Source of the DNA: a virus
Virus record (IMG/VR): IMGVR_UViG_3300032293_000766
Location: 71,212-135,211 of that record
Direction: 5' to 3' (one strand)
Length of the DNA: 64,000 nucleotides
The notes beneath the pieces are model-generated. The model ran no database searches. It saw only the letters and a program-made list of their open reading frames with translations, and was not told the DNA's origin. Both the position numbers and the translations under genes were made by a program. Position 1 is the stretch's first letter. Each line of letters begins with the position of its first letter. Positions 29,712 to 39,620 of the stretch are shown here, in pieces.

Positions 29712-30152
29712 TTATACTTCACGCACCAACTTAATGTCTAGACCGGGAGCCGATGGAGCAATTGTATCATTCGCAACGAATTCTACAACTGCTGGATCGC
29801 TCGCATTACCAACGTCATCTACGTCTACAAAAGAGAGTGAAACGCTATCGCCTTGAACGAATGTTCTCTCTCCTAAGTTAGTAACATCACTAGCATAAAC
29901 ATCTGTAGCAACTGCGACACCGTTTACTGTGACTGTTAATCTACGCTCAATGACATCAGCGTCAACTGGTGGCGCGCATGTTACTTCGTATACTAAACCC
30001 ATATCTATCTCCTTTTTAAGAAATTTGTACTTTATGAATAGTGGGCGTAATTCTAATTTACGCTTCCATTTCATAGAGTAGTACGATAAAACAACAAAAC
30101 TACATTCTAGTAGAATAAATAATACGATACAAAATAGCAAATAATTTTCCAC
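29712..30152 (-). CDS. single Ig-like domain protein; possible N-terminal membrane anchor (second start at 30002)
   Basis: VDDVGNASDP...DTIAPSAP resembles bacterial Ig-like repeats; hydrophobic N-terminus; internal ATG at 30002 with AAGGAG RBS. Confidence 0.6.
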   Translation of the reverse strand: MENYLLFCIVLFILLECSFVVLSYYSMKWKRKLELRPLFIKYKFLKKEIDMGLVYEVTCAPPVDADVIERRLTVTVNGVAVATDVYASDVTNLGERTFVQGDSVSLSFVDVDDVGNASDPAVVEFVANDTIAPSAPGLDIKLVREV

Positions 30153-30203
30153 AGACAGCCCTTTCCTTACAAACTATTATAGCGTCTAGGTGAAGAACTT
30201 GCT

Positions 30204-31169
30204 TTACCAAGCCCTACAAGACCAATATCTTGCCTTCCATTTTGGGCCGGGGTTATCACAATTATGTCTAGCTCTAAAACTTTTTCTACGTTCTGGAATA
30301 TTTTTCTTAATGGTCATATTAGGATCACCAAAATTTACTTTAACTACATTACCCTTTTCATTTTTAACATAAACACTCATTTTCTTTGGACCTTTTGGAG
30401 TCCTAAATGGCTTATTAAGAGTAACTTTTCTTCCTTGATACTCACTTGCCTCTCCAACGTATATTAAAGTATTGCCATCTTTTTCATAATAGCCCTTTTT
30501 TCTATACGTATAAATTTCTCCACTATCTGGATCTCTATATTGATATTTTGCTTCTGAAGTATACTCATCTTGATATTTCCCCGGCTCATAATATTTTACA
30601 AAGTCATAGACATTTTGAATATATATTTCGGCCTTAGAAATCATGTCTTTTGTCCACTCTTCAAACTCAATATCCATAGTCGAGTCTTTTACTTTCATAA
30701 CTACTTCCATTAGCTGGTCGTGCATCTTCTGAATTTGTTCTACAGCCATTTCGCTATCTCCAGATTGAGCTTTCTTCCAAGCGTCTTTAGATGGCCTGTC
30801 TTTATCCCCCGGCTTTGCTGGCTTGTAGTTCTTACCTTCGCGTTCCTTCTTTTTTCTTATGTTTTCCCAAAGTCCCGGTTTAGCTATAGAAATGTCATAG
30901 TCTTCTGTTTCTTCGCCAAAATCCACATAATCTGCTTCTGCTGGAACTTCGAAGTTATCTTCTGTAATTTCTTCTTCGTATCCATATGCATTGATATTAA
31001 ATTCAAAATCAGCAGCTTCTATTTTATCACAGAACTCCGTCGCCTGTGCTATACAAATTGCTGTTCTTTGGTCAGCATTTGGGTATTCTTTATTCATTAC
31101 GCTATCAGACATACAGCGTGACATAAAACTGTTTTTATCTTCATTTTCTTTTTTTGACGGTATCGGCAT
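30204..31169 (-). CDS. mosaic phage protein of short conserved modules (possible internal head protein)
   Basis: Modules MPIP...FMSRCM...QRTAIC; PGLWENIRKKK...RPSKDAWKKA; EYQGRKVTLNKP...VNFGDP...RRKSFRARHNC...ARYWSCRAW. Confidence 0.65.
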   Translation of the reverse strand: MPIPSKKENEDKNSFMSRCMSDSVMNKEYPNADQRTAICIAQATEFCDKIEAADFEFNINAYGYEEEITEDNFEVPAEADYVDFGEETEDYDISIAKPGLWENIRKKKEREGKNYKPAKPGDKDRPSKDAWKKAQSGDSEMAVEQIQKMHDQLMEVVMKVKDSTMDIEFEEWTKDMISKAEIYIQNVYDFVKYYEPGKYQDEYTSEAKYQYRDPDSGEIYTYRKKGYYEKDGNTLIYVGEASEYQGRKVTLNKPFRTPKGPKKMSVYVKNEKGNVVKVNFGDPNMTIKKNIPERRKSFRARHNCDNPGPKWKARYWSCRAW

Positions 31170-31182
31170 TGAATTCTCCTTA

Positions 31183-32208
31183 TTATCCTGGGGCTTCATA
31201 AAAGCCTATATTAAAGTTTTCTCTAGTACAATTGGCAACAGTTTGTTCCATGCCATGTTTTTTAATGTGGTTCTCTATATACATACACATACTTTCGTCG
31301 GTATCTTTCCACTTGTTCTTGCAAAAATGGCATAGCTTAGTGCATTTCCAGTTACTTCTATCTACTGATATTGGCTTAGGCTTATTATTCTCTTGAATAT
31401 CCTTAAATCTTACTCTTAGCATATCAAGAAATTTGCTACGATCTGATTTGTCAAAACACATTGAAAATGGTCCGCCATCTTTAATGAAAAATATAGACAT
31501 AATAGCCTGATCATACTCAGGAAATAGTTTAGAAATGGCATAATTGTATAGTAATAATTGAGGATCTGAACATAGCTTTTCATAGTCTTTCTCTGCTCCT
31601 GTTGCCCAATCTAGTCTTCTTCCAGTTTTATAATCTACAACCTCAATTATTTTTTCATCTACTTTTGTTACCAAGTCTATAGTTCCCTTAATTGCTAATT
31701 GTCCATTAACAACTTGTCCATTTGGTAATTCGTAGGTATATTTAGCCCAATCTTCTTCAATTGGAATATCAAAATGTGGCTCTGCCGCTACAATGTTTCT
31801 ATTCCTAGGATCAAACTGCCCATTATTAAACTCTAGTGTAGTCCAAACTAAACTTTCACACATTTCTTTGTCGAGCTTGGTAAAGTCATGATGTGAATTA
31901 GCTGAATAGTAACCAAAACTTTTATCTAATAATTCTGGAACTATCTTATCTGAGAATAGATGTTGTTTATCTATACTAATCTTACCAATATTATCATCAA
32001 CGAACAGTAACTTTTTTGCTTTGCTGCTAGTGTCTTGATGAGTTTTTTTCAAGGATGCTAATAATTCTAAAGTCTTATGAACAATTGTGCCAATGTCTGC
32101 CTTCTTACCACTTATAGCTTGATGACCAAGCACATAGGTGATAAAATATTGCATTTGGCAATAATCGTAATTATTATAACTAGATGATCTGATATATGTT
32201 ACTAGCAT
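31183..32208 (-). CDS. PD-(D/E)XK exonuclease (RecB/Cas4-like, Fe-S cysteines)
   Basis: SSYNNYDYC, GTIVH, KGTIDLV, VVDYKTG, QLLLY, CTKLCHFC. Confidence 0.85.
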   Translation of the reverse strand: MLVTYIRSSSYNNYDYCQMQYFITYVLGHQAISGKKADIGTIVHKTLELLASLKKTHQDTSSKAKKLLFVDDNIGKISIDKQHLFSDKIVPELLDKSFGYYSANSHHDFTKLDKEMCESLVWTTLEFNNGQFDPRNRNIVAAEPHFDIPIEEDWAKYTYELPNGQVVNGQLAIKGTIDLVTKVDEKIIEVVDYKTGRRLDWATGAEKDYEKLCSDPQLLLYNYAISKLFPEYDQAIMSIFFIKDGGPFSMCFDKSDRSKFLDMLRVRFKDIQENNKPKPISVDRSNWKCTKLCHFCKNKWKDTDESMCMYIENHIKKHGMEQTVANCTRENFNIGFYEAPG

Positions 32209-32948
32209 TATGATTTCCAGATGTGGTTAATTTTGTCTAATTCTTTACAAGTGTCTGTAATAGAAAAGTTTTCATTGTCTATTACATAGTCAAAAAGCGA
32301 CCAATCAAACTTGTCTTTATCTAGTGCTGACTCACACTCTACTGTAGATTTACATACGTTCCTTGTTAATCTAATTACTATGCCGCCATTATCTTTAATT
32401 GCCTGAACTTCATTTGGAAATCTAACATCTGGTATGATAGCTAGATTAGAGTTCTCATTAAATATTTTCGTAATGGTCGTATTAACCCAAGCATCATTTT
32501 TGATCTTTCTAACAATGCTAGTTCCAAAATATTCTAAGAATTCTCTATATGTTAGATAGCCAGACTTGTTTTCTTGTGTGGGCAAATCTTCCCACTGTAT
32601 TTTAGTCTTTGCATTCTTTTGCTTATCAGTACCATAAAGGTTTTCAATCTTTAGGCCAAAAAGCGATGCGGACATATCCTTCAAAGAGTCTGCAAAATGA
32701 TATACTTTAACATAAGGCCACAACTCATATTCTGCGTAGTTTGTAAATTCCTTGTCCTTTCTACAGACATCAAATATGCCCCAATCTTTTTGCATATTCT
32801 TATCAGTAGTCAAGATTTCCAAAGCTCCATCAGTGTTAATCTTGAAATCTTCCACCATGCTTCTTTCTTTTAAAACTAAGCCGTTTATGTAATTTGCTGC
32901 TGTATTTTTACCAGACTGCTTTCTTCCAGATATGCCAACAATTTTCAT
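32208..32948 (-). CDS. deoxynucleoside monophosphate kinase (T4 gp1-like)
   Basis: GISGRKQSGKNT, FADSLK, REFLEYFGT, IPDVRFPNE. Confidence 0.85.
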   Translation of the reverse strand: MKIVGISGRKQSGKNTAANYINGLVLKERSMVEDFKINTDGALEILTTDKNMQKDWGIFDVCRKDKEFTNYAEYELWPYVKVYHFADSLKDMSASLFGLKIENLYGTDKQKNAKTKIQWEDLPTQENKSGYLTYREFLEYFGTSIVRKIKNDAWVNTTITKIFNENSNLAIIPDVRFPNEVQAIKDNGGIVIRLTRNVCKSTVECESALDKDKFDWSLFDYVIDNENFSITDTCKELDKINHIWKS

Positions 32949-33961
32949 ATTAAATCCTTAATTTGTGGAATAAATTCTTTTCTTATTAACTCTACACTCA
33001 TCTCTCCAATATCCTTACATGATATTTGTGGAAAAATAAGATTATAGCTGCGATTAAACTTACGAAAAATTTCTATCTTGCACTCATTTCCAGCTTGATC
33101 ATTATCAGTTACTACTACGATATTAATAATAGGTAGTTTGTGCAAAAGTTCTTCGTGAGATTCTATAATAGACTTGCCAAAAATACCAACAGCATTTTCT
33201 ATACCGGCCTCATAAAGTCTCCAGATATCACTTTGTCCTTCAGTAATAATGACGGTTTTGGTGCTACATATTTTATTATACGCTCTGTGGTAGTTGTATA
33301 GGTATTTGTTTTTGTTAAAACCGCTTGGGTAAAATAAAAACTTTGGGTCTTTATACTCCTTAATAGATCTTCCTAGCAATCCTACTATACTGCTACCATC
33401 GTGATTATGTATTGGTATAATAGATCTGTCTTTTAAGTTTTCATGCTTACAACAATCGCTTACGCCAAAATGACTCAAGGTGTTTTCTAAAAATCCTCTA
33501 CCTATAAAATATTTTGACGCTTTTGTATACTGATATTCTACAATGCTATCACTTTCACTTGTATTTTTATCAGTAAATATTCTTACAATATCAAAGAATT
33601 CGTCGTTTACAACTTTATCTTTTTTGACTGAAGTAGTGGTTGATCTATCTAATTGCTTAATATTTGTATTAACCCATTTTAACACTTCTTTGAATTCAAC
33701 ATTATATCCACACCTTTTAGATAAGGCTCCCCTTATTAATCCAAAAACATCATTACTAAAATCTTGCTGACAGTCTCTAGTCCAACATTTCCATATGTGC
33801 TTTTTAGTAGAAAAAGAAAACCCTCTTGGGTTGTCACTCTCTTCGTGTGCTGGACAATTAGAATAAATATTGTCAGAAAACTTTTCATAATCCATGTCAA
33901 GTTTCTGAAGAACTAATTCTATATTTGTATTTAGTTCAGCTTTCAGGTTCTGTAAGTTCAT
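32945..33961 (-). CDS. dnaG: DNA primase
   Basis: CPAH...WKCWTRDC zinc finger; RSIIPI..GRS; ITEGQSD; TDNDQAG Toprim motifs. Confidence 0.9.
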   Translation of the reverse strand: MNLQNLKAELNTNIELVLQKLDMDYEKFSDNIYSNCPAHEESDNPRGFSFSTKKHIWKCWTRDCQQDFSNDVFGLIRGALSKRCGYNVEFKEVLKWVNTNIKQLDRSTTTSVKKDKVVNDEFFDIVRIFTDKNTSESDSIVEYQYTKASKYFIGRGFLENTLSHFGVSDCCKHENLKDRSIIPIHNHDGSSIVGLLGRSIKEYKDPKFLFYPSGFNKNKYLYNYHRAYNKICSTKTVIITEGQSDIWRLYEAGIENAVGIFGKSIIESHEELLHKLPIINIVVVTDNDQAGNECKIEIFRKFNRSYNLIFPQISCKDIGEMSVELIRKEFIPQIKDLI

Positions 33962-35396
33962 TTATTATCTTCTTCATTGTGTCTTTGTCTAATAATCCAG
34001 AATCACCAACGGGTTGATTTTTAAATTCGTTTCTAGTTTTTAATTCTGTTAGTTTTGCATGTGATCCATCCATCTGCACATTAATGTAATCACCGTCGTT
34101 TAATCCAGCACCATGTCTAGTAACAACTGTAACTAGTTTTCTATTTCCAGCTTTCGGCCCATCTTCTGCTAATTCTTCTGGAGACTTAATCTTAAATATA
34201 CTAAAAGATGTGCATAGCCATATTAGCCTGTCTGATCCGCTCACTGCATCCGTACTCTCTTTAGTTATGCCATCACGATTTAACTGAACGAATGATAGAC
34301 ATGGTATATCAAGCTTAACACATAGATTATGAAGTGACGTAATTTGAAATCCTAATGCTTGATATTCTTGCATGTTACTATTAATTGATTCAGAAGACAT
34401 GAGCTTCAAGTAGTCATATATTATTAGGCATTCATTTGTTTGTCCACTGTCGTTTGTTTTGACTTCTTGAGTTACCCACCTTTTAATCAAATTGATTATT
34501 TGCTCAAAAGGTTTTCCAGCTACGCTAATGTAGCTATAGGGTATAGATGATAATTTTTTGACAGCTTCCTGTACCTTTTCGTTCTTCTCTCTGTTATCAA
34601 CAAACTTACCAGTAGCTACTTCATTGATTGGCACCCCACTCAAATTAGCTATTAATCTATTCAAATGGTCTTCTTTAGACATTTCTGTATCTAGCATAAG
34701 CACTGGGATATTCTTAGACGAAACATTTAACGCCACATTGTCAGCAAAAACGGATTTACCCACTTTTGGTCTAGCGGATACTAAGTCTACGCATTTTCTC
34801 CTAAGACCTCCACCAATTGCTTCGTCGTATTTTTGAAATCCAGTTGGTATTCCTATGATATCGCATTTATTTTCTGATAAGAATTGAATGTAATCATCTA
34901 TATTACTTCCTATCTTTTCTGGATGTTCGCCACCATCATCTTCTCTCAAGAAGTCAGTCACTGGATTTTCTAGTATTCCTATAATGTCTGAAATTTTTTC
35001 AGTACCATCTATCTTTTCTATATCTTGATGGATTTTTTGAGTAAGCTTATGTATCTTTCTAGCAAACTCAAACTTCTTTATCTGTGCAGCGAATGGTAGT
35101 ATGTTATCTGCATTGATTGGGAATACCATTAATGACTTTATATACTTTAATTCTTGCTCTGTATTTATAGCGTCTTCTAGACCTAAATATTTAGCTGAAG
35201 CAAAAATTGATGGTATGTCTATTTTCTGATCGTTACTTATGATATTCTCTAAGCACCTATAGATAATTTGATTGTTTGTGTGATCAAACGTCTCAACGGA
35301 TATTAGATCGGAAACTGTTACGTATCCATCAATACCATGCTGGAGTATGCCAGCTAATACTGCCCTCTCTGCCCCAATATCATTTAGTTTTACCAT
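33936..35396 (-). CDS. dnaB: replicative DNA helicase
   Basis: AERAVLAGIL, GIPTGF, SARPKVGKS, DTEM, IYDYLKLM, VQLNR. Confidence 0.95.
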   Translation of the reverse strand: MVKLNDIGAERAVLAGILQHGIDGYVTVSDLISVETFDHTNNQIIYRCLENIISNDQKIDIPSIFASAKYLGLEDAINTEQELKYIKSLMVFPINADNILPFAAQIKKFEFARKIHKLTQKIHQDIEKIDGTEKISDIIGILENPVTDFLREDDGGEHPEKIGSNIDDYIQFLSENKCDIIGIPTGFQKYDEAIGGGLRRKCVDLVSARPKVGKSVFADNVALNVSSKNIPVLMLDTEMSKEDHLNRLIANLSGVPINEVATGKFVDNREKNEKVQEAVKKLSSIPYSYISVAGKPFEQIINLIKRWVTQEVKTNDSGQTNECLIIYDYLKLMSSESINSNMQEYQALGFQITSLHNLCVKLDIPCLSFVQLNRDGITKESTDAVSGSDRLIWLCTSFSIFKIKSPEELAEDGPKAGNRKLVTVVTRHGAGLNDGDYINVQMDGSHAKLTELKTRNEFKNQPVGDSGLLDKDTMKKIINELTEPES

Positions 35397-35398
35397 TT

Positions 35399-35767
35399 TT
35401 ACCCCGTGCAGTTATTGCATCTATAAAATTCGCCACATACGAATCTGCTATCCACTTCAGTTATTCTTCCACATATATGACACTTGATTTTTACCTTTTC
35501 TGGAGCTTCTCTAGTTCTTGGAACTGGGGTAAATTCTGGAGTAACAACATCTCTTTTTTCACCAGTATCACTCCAAGTATTTCCTTTGGCCCTAACCGCT
35601 TCTTTTCTCTTGCGATTATTATCTACAGACCTTTTCATCTGAAAACTATTTTTGTCTTCCTCTATAGGTTCTTGTTCAGCTGGAGCTTGCCGAGTATTAG
35701 TAAGTGCTAATTTAAGTGCCTCTATTTGTTCTGGACTTAATGTTTGTATAAACTTGTCTATGTTCAT
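35399..35767 (-). CDS. hypothetical protein with C-terminal zinc ribbon
   Basis: CHICG...YRCNNC. Confidence 0.65.
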   Translation of the reverse strand: MNIDKFIQTLSPEQIEALKLALTNTRQAPAEQEPIEEDKNSFQMKRSVDNNRKRKEAVRAKGNTWSDTGEKRDVVTPEFTPVPRTREAPEKVKIKCHICGRITEVDSRFVCGEFYRCNNCTG

Positions 35768-36225
35768 GATCTTTTGCCCTTCTCTAATAATATGTCAGCC
35801 TTGCGCTTTAATTCGTATACTTTACCGTCAAGGCTTTGTAGTCTAGCGTGTGCTATGCTTCGATAATTATCTATGGATTTAGCGTACTCGTTATCATTGA
35901 CTATTAACTGTATCTTTGCTTCATGCTTAGTATATTTGCTAAAATCTTCACTATGTTGTGCTACAAGTTTTTCTAGCTGATCCGTACACAAGTCATAAAC
36001 AATCTTCTGTTTATTTATTTGGTCTTGTATGTATGAAGCATAGCTATAGAGCATATACGATGCGTCAAATAACTCTTCCTTTGTTAACTTCTTTAACTTC
36101 TCTTCCGATAAGTCAGAAACTATCAAAAATTCTTCTCTAAAATGAGCAAAGTTAGTATTAGTCTGATGTATAAAATCGTCTAAGGATTTTAGAAAATGCT
36201 CAACTGTTTCTTTAGCTGTTTTCAA
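35764..36225 (-). CDS. coiled-coil protein, possibly UvsY-like recombination mediator
   Basis: All-helical, about 150 aa, two genes downstream of recA; the UvsY assignment rests on context only. Confidence 0.45.
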   Translation of the reverse strand: MKTAKETVEHFLKSLDDFIHQTNTNFAHFREEFLIVSDLSEEKLKKLTKEELFDASYMLYSYASYIQDQINKQKIVYDLCTDQLEKLVAQHSEDFSKYTKHEAKIQLIVNDNEYAKSIDNYRSIAHARLQSLDGKVYELKRKADILLEKGKRS

Positions 36226-36634
36226 TTTGTTGTCTCCACTCTTCGTCAGTGTTTGAGTATTTTAATACCACTATGTCTATATTGTTCAGCTTGCACCACT
36301 CTATTTTATCTTCGTCCTTGGCTTTTGCAATAGTAAAATCCGCTAAGTTCTTATGAAAAAAATTGCAGAACTCATAGTGTTGTTGACCATGTACTTCTAC
36401 AGCTTTCATAATTTGTGGGATATAAAAATCTAAATAAAGCACACCTTTTCTATGAGTAGCTGTACTTCCCGGCAACTTAACTTCTTCTAAAATTCTGTAG
36501 CTGTGATATATTTCTTTTAATAAGCTTCTAGCTCTTAAGTGATACTTAGATCTTTTTCTGTTATCGTCAGCTTTTACGTCATAGCCAGTTAAGTTCCAAG
36601 CGTATACTTTGCCATTTAGGCCAGTAACCTTCAT
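36212..36634 (-). CDS. DUF559/Vsr-like endonuclease
   Basis: LYLDFYIP...AVEVHGQQH...DEDKIEWCKLNNI. Confidence 0.75.
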   Translation of the reverse strand: MKVTGLNGKVYAWNLTGYDVKADDNRKRSKYHLRARSLLKEIYHSYRILEEVKLPGSTATHRKGVLYLDFYIPQIMKAVEVHGQQHYEFCNFFHKNLADFTIAKAKDEDKIEWCKLNNIDIVVLKYSNTDEEWRQQIENS

Positions 36635-37740
36635 TAGTATAATTCCTTGATTTTCTCATAAACAAAATTGGCTAAAGCATCATGCTTTGTTAAAAACTCA
36701 TATAGATTGTTAGCACCTTGAAACTTGAAGAATTTTTCTATATCTTCTGGAGTATCTGGTACATTATTAGACTTTAAAATATTTTGCACTACTTCATTGT
36801 CTTTATTATCTACTGCACACTGTATAGTATACCAAGCTCCAGAAGTTTTTATCAACCTAAATTCACAAGCTATTTGAGTTATCTCTTGAACTTCATCTAC
36901 GCCAACTCCATACCTTATCCAACTTTCTGCCGCACTGTTTGGCTTACCACCGGCACAAGATGTTTTTATATTCCAGTTAGCTATCTGACCAACGTGTGGG
37001 CCAGTATCTTTAGGAACTTGCCACTTGCCTCTATGTGTTATTACCATATTCGTTCCAGCTTGGTACTGCAACATGTTGCCACAATCTGCCATTTTTGCTG
37101 GTGCGTATGGCGATCCACCAGTGTTTGCTATATTATGTGTTATACAAATTAATATTGTTTGGTTCTTCATAAGCGTTCCGCTAATCCTTTTGAAGAACAT
37201 TGATAATAATCTAGGCAGAGCGTTTCTTACACCCGTTCTTACTTCTCCCTCTAGTTCACATGCTGGCACCATGTTTGATATTGAATCAGTAATAATAACG
37301 CAGCCGGGATCATTGTTGATATAATATTCCAAGATGTTAAGAAAGTCTTCAGCCGTCAAAACTCTATCGTCAGTTGATTCTACTATGAGGATTTTATCTG
37401 CATCTAAACCTTTTATACCTTCAAAGTTTTGCTTGGAAAGTCTACCTTCAGTATTAACATATACAACCTTTTTATTCAGCTTTTGACATTTAGAAGCAAA
37501 ATGGAGAGCAGTTGTTGTTTTTCCGCTTTTTGGATCACCCGTCATAACAACTACTGAACCTTCTCTTAGACCGCCCCCCAAGGCTATATCTAGTGCTGGA
37601 GACAGACCAATAACTTTTAAGCTATTTATTGACTCTAATACTTCTGTGCCACTGCGTACAATATCTCCATACTTGTTTAATATTGAGCTTGTTATTGTAT
37701 CTTCTGAAAATTTACTTGGGCCATCCTTTTTCTTTTTCAT
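36634..37740 (-). CDS. recA: RecA/UvsX recombinase
   Basis: LDIALGGGL, GDPKSGKTT Walker A, IITDSIS Walker B, KTSGAWY. Confidence 0.9.
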   Translation of the reverse strand: MKKKKDGPSKFSEDTITSSILNKYGDIVRSGTEVLESINSLKVIGLSPALDIALGGGLREGSVVVMTGDPKSGKTTTALHFASKCQKLNKKVVYVNTEGRLSKQNFEGIKGLDADKILIVESTDDRVLTAEDFLNILEYYINNDPGCVIITDSISNMVPACELEGEVRTGVRNALPRLLSMFFKRISGTLMKNQTILICITHNIANTGGSPYAPAKMADCGNMLQYQAGTNMVITHRGKWQVPKDTGPHVGQIANWNIKTSCAGGKPNSAAESWIRYGVGVDEVQEITQIACEFRLIKTSGAWYTIQCAVDNKDNEVVQNILKSNNVPDTPEDIEKFFKFQGANNLYEFLTKHDALANFVYEKIKELY

Positions 37741-38270
37741 AAATCCCTCAGTTTGTTTATCATTGACTTTGTTTTAAATATGGATTGAGTGCGTCTAACT
37801 CTAGTGTCTTCTACATTTTGAACTACATCTAATTCATTTGCTTGTTTTTCTATCTCTTTAGATTTACTTAAGGCTTTTACTTCCTTCTTGTAGTTCTCTA
37901 TAGCCTTGATGGCTAGCTGATTATACTTCCAACCGCGAGGGCCGTAACACTTCAAGCCAACATGATAAATTTTATCAAAATGCTTAGACTTTACAGCTTC
38001 AAGGATTAACTTCTCTTCAAATTTATTTTTCAAACCTTTGGAGGCTTTCATATTCCTCATGAACATGTCATGATATTTATCTCCAACTGTCCAGAATTTA
38101 TAAGATGGTTTGTCCATCTTAAAAGCATCTGTCCATCTCAATATCAAAAGCTCTGCTAAGTACGCTTCAAAAGTGCAATGTTCACCAGTGTGAATATGTT
38201 TATAGCTATACTCTTCAGACCACTCTTTTTGAAATTCTTTGCTAAATAGTCTCGGTTTTTTGTTTGTCAT
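37737..38270 (-). CDS. hypothetical protein
   Basis: Coupled ORF in the replication operon. Confidence 0.6.
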   Translation of the reverse strand: MTNKKPRLFSKEFQKEWSEEYSYKHIHTGEHCTFEAYLAELLILRWTDAFKMDKPSYKFWTVGDKYHDMFMRNMKASKGLKNKFEEKLILEAVKSKHFDKIYHVGLKCYGPRGWKYNQLAIKAIENYKKEVKALSKSKEIEKQANELDVVQNVEDTRVRRTQSIFKTKSMINKLRDL

Positions 38271-38679
38271 TATAAATGATTGCTTCTTCAAAACAGTTTT
38301 CAATTACATCCTGATCATTTAATTGCTCAACTAACTCTGGAACAACCCACATAGTTTTGTATACTATGTTATTATACAATTTACCTATAGTGATCGTCTG
38401 CTTAGTAACTTCACCCATTGCACCAAGTGCTGATCTTACCAAGTATACTCCATCGGCATCTATAGTGTCAACATTGAATGAATTCGATTTATACTGTAGA
38501 CCTATAGAAATGACGTTAAGTTTATTTGATTCGCAAATGCGCTTAATATCAGCCCAATCTGAATAATTACTAAAATAGTAATCCAGTTTATCAGATAGAG
38601 TTACTTTAAACCAAGTCAAAGTTTTATCTTTTTTGTACTCTATCAACCAATCGTTGTGAGTATGTATAAACTGTTTCAT
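38242..38679 (-). CDS. hypothetical protein
   Basis: 145-aa ORF with ATGA overlap. Confidence 0.6.
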   Translation of the reverse strand: MKQFIHTHNDWLIEYKKDKTLTWFKVTLSDKLDYYFSNYSDWADIKRICESNKLNVISIGLQYKSNSFNVDTIDADGVYLVRSALGAMGEVTKQTITIGKLYNNIVYKTMWVVPELVEQLNDQDVIENCFEEAIIYNDKQKTETI

Positions 38680-38972
38680 TTCTTAATCTTAGTAATACAA
38701 GGGGGCTGTTTGCGATTTAGTTTTCTAGTGCTATCAGAAAGCGTAGAAGCATTTTCTGTCATTATAGTCGCACCATTTTGACTAATAAACTGACTGCCAA
38801 CATTGAATGGGTTAGTATTGCTAGGCTTATTATAGTGCTTATCAATATAGTTCTTAACTGTGCTGACATTTCTATTCAAATCTGTAGCAATTTGATCTAA
38901 GCTTACGCCTAGCTCTACATTTTTCTCTAGATAGAATATTTCAACCTTACCAAGTGGACCTTTTTTAACCAT
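38676..38972 (-). CDS. HTH-containing hypothetical protein
   Basis: SLDQIATDLNRNVSTVKNYI helix-turn-helix. Confidence 0.6.
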   Translation of the reverse strand: MVKKGPLGKVEIFYLEKNVELGVSLDQIATDLNRNVSTVKNYIDKHYNKPSNTNPFNVGSQFISQNGATIMTENASTLSDSTRKLNRKQPPCITKIKK

Positions 38973-39288
38973 TTATAAAACTCCTTTGCGCTTTAGTCAA
39001 ATATGTACTATTTCTGCTATTCAAATATGCTATATACAAATCAAATGTTTGCTTAGAAACATCCTTATACTGTAGATCTAAATAAGTTTCTCTATGAGAA
39101 TCTATTCCATATGGATCATAAATAATATTTCTGAATGTTTGCACAAAGTATTTTTCACTACCATTTGTAAACACGGTCTTAGCAAATGAGTTCTTTTCAC
39201 CCTCAATGATTTGACCTACTTTGTCGTAATGTATCTTAGTTATATCTTCCTTAAAATCGTTCTTGTTATACCCATCTATATATTTCAT
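38965..39288 (-). CDS. hypothetical protein
   Basis: 107-aa coupled ORF. Confidence 0.6.
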   Translation of the reverse strand: MKYIDGYNKNDFKEDITKIHYDKVGQIIEGEKNSFAKTVFTNGSEKYFVQTFRNIIYDPYGIDSHRETYLDLQYKDVSKQTFDLYIAYLNSRNSTYLTKAQRSFING

Positions 39289-39620
39289 TTGTCACCCTTA
39301 AGAATATAGTTCTTTTTTTGATCAGCGGTCATTGCATTAATCTCTCTCATCAATTTACGCTTTTTGCCGCTATCTGATGAATTAGTATTTTTAGATTCAA
39401 TTTCTGAACGTTTGTAAGACCCCATGTTCTTCCAATTTCTATCAGCAAGTTGTCCAACGGTCTTTACGTCTTTTACAAACAATCCTAGCCCACCATATAC
39501 TACTCTGTCTAGGCTATCTTTGCTACATGATGGGCATTTTGTCAGTGCGTCTTCTTTTATAGATTGATAAATATCTTCCATAAAATAACCACACTCATTA
39601 CACTGATAATCGTATAACAT
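39285..39620 (-). CDS. FmdB-family zinc-ribbon protein
   Basis: MLYDYQCNECG...CPSC. Confidence 0.75.
   Translation of the reverse strand: MLYDYQCNECGYFMEDIYQSIKEDALTKCPSCSKDSLDRVVYGGLGLFVKDVKTVGQLADRNWKNMGSYKRSEIESKNTNSSDSGKKRKLMREINAMTADQKKNYILKGDK

Noticed and set aside
31183-32208. Cas4-like nuclease as part of a CRISPR-Cas system
   Set aside because: No repeat-spacer array or other cas genes seen; it sits in the replication operon like a typical phage exonuclease.
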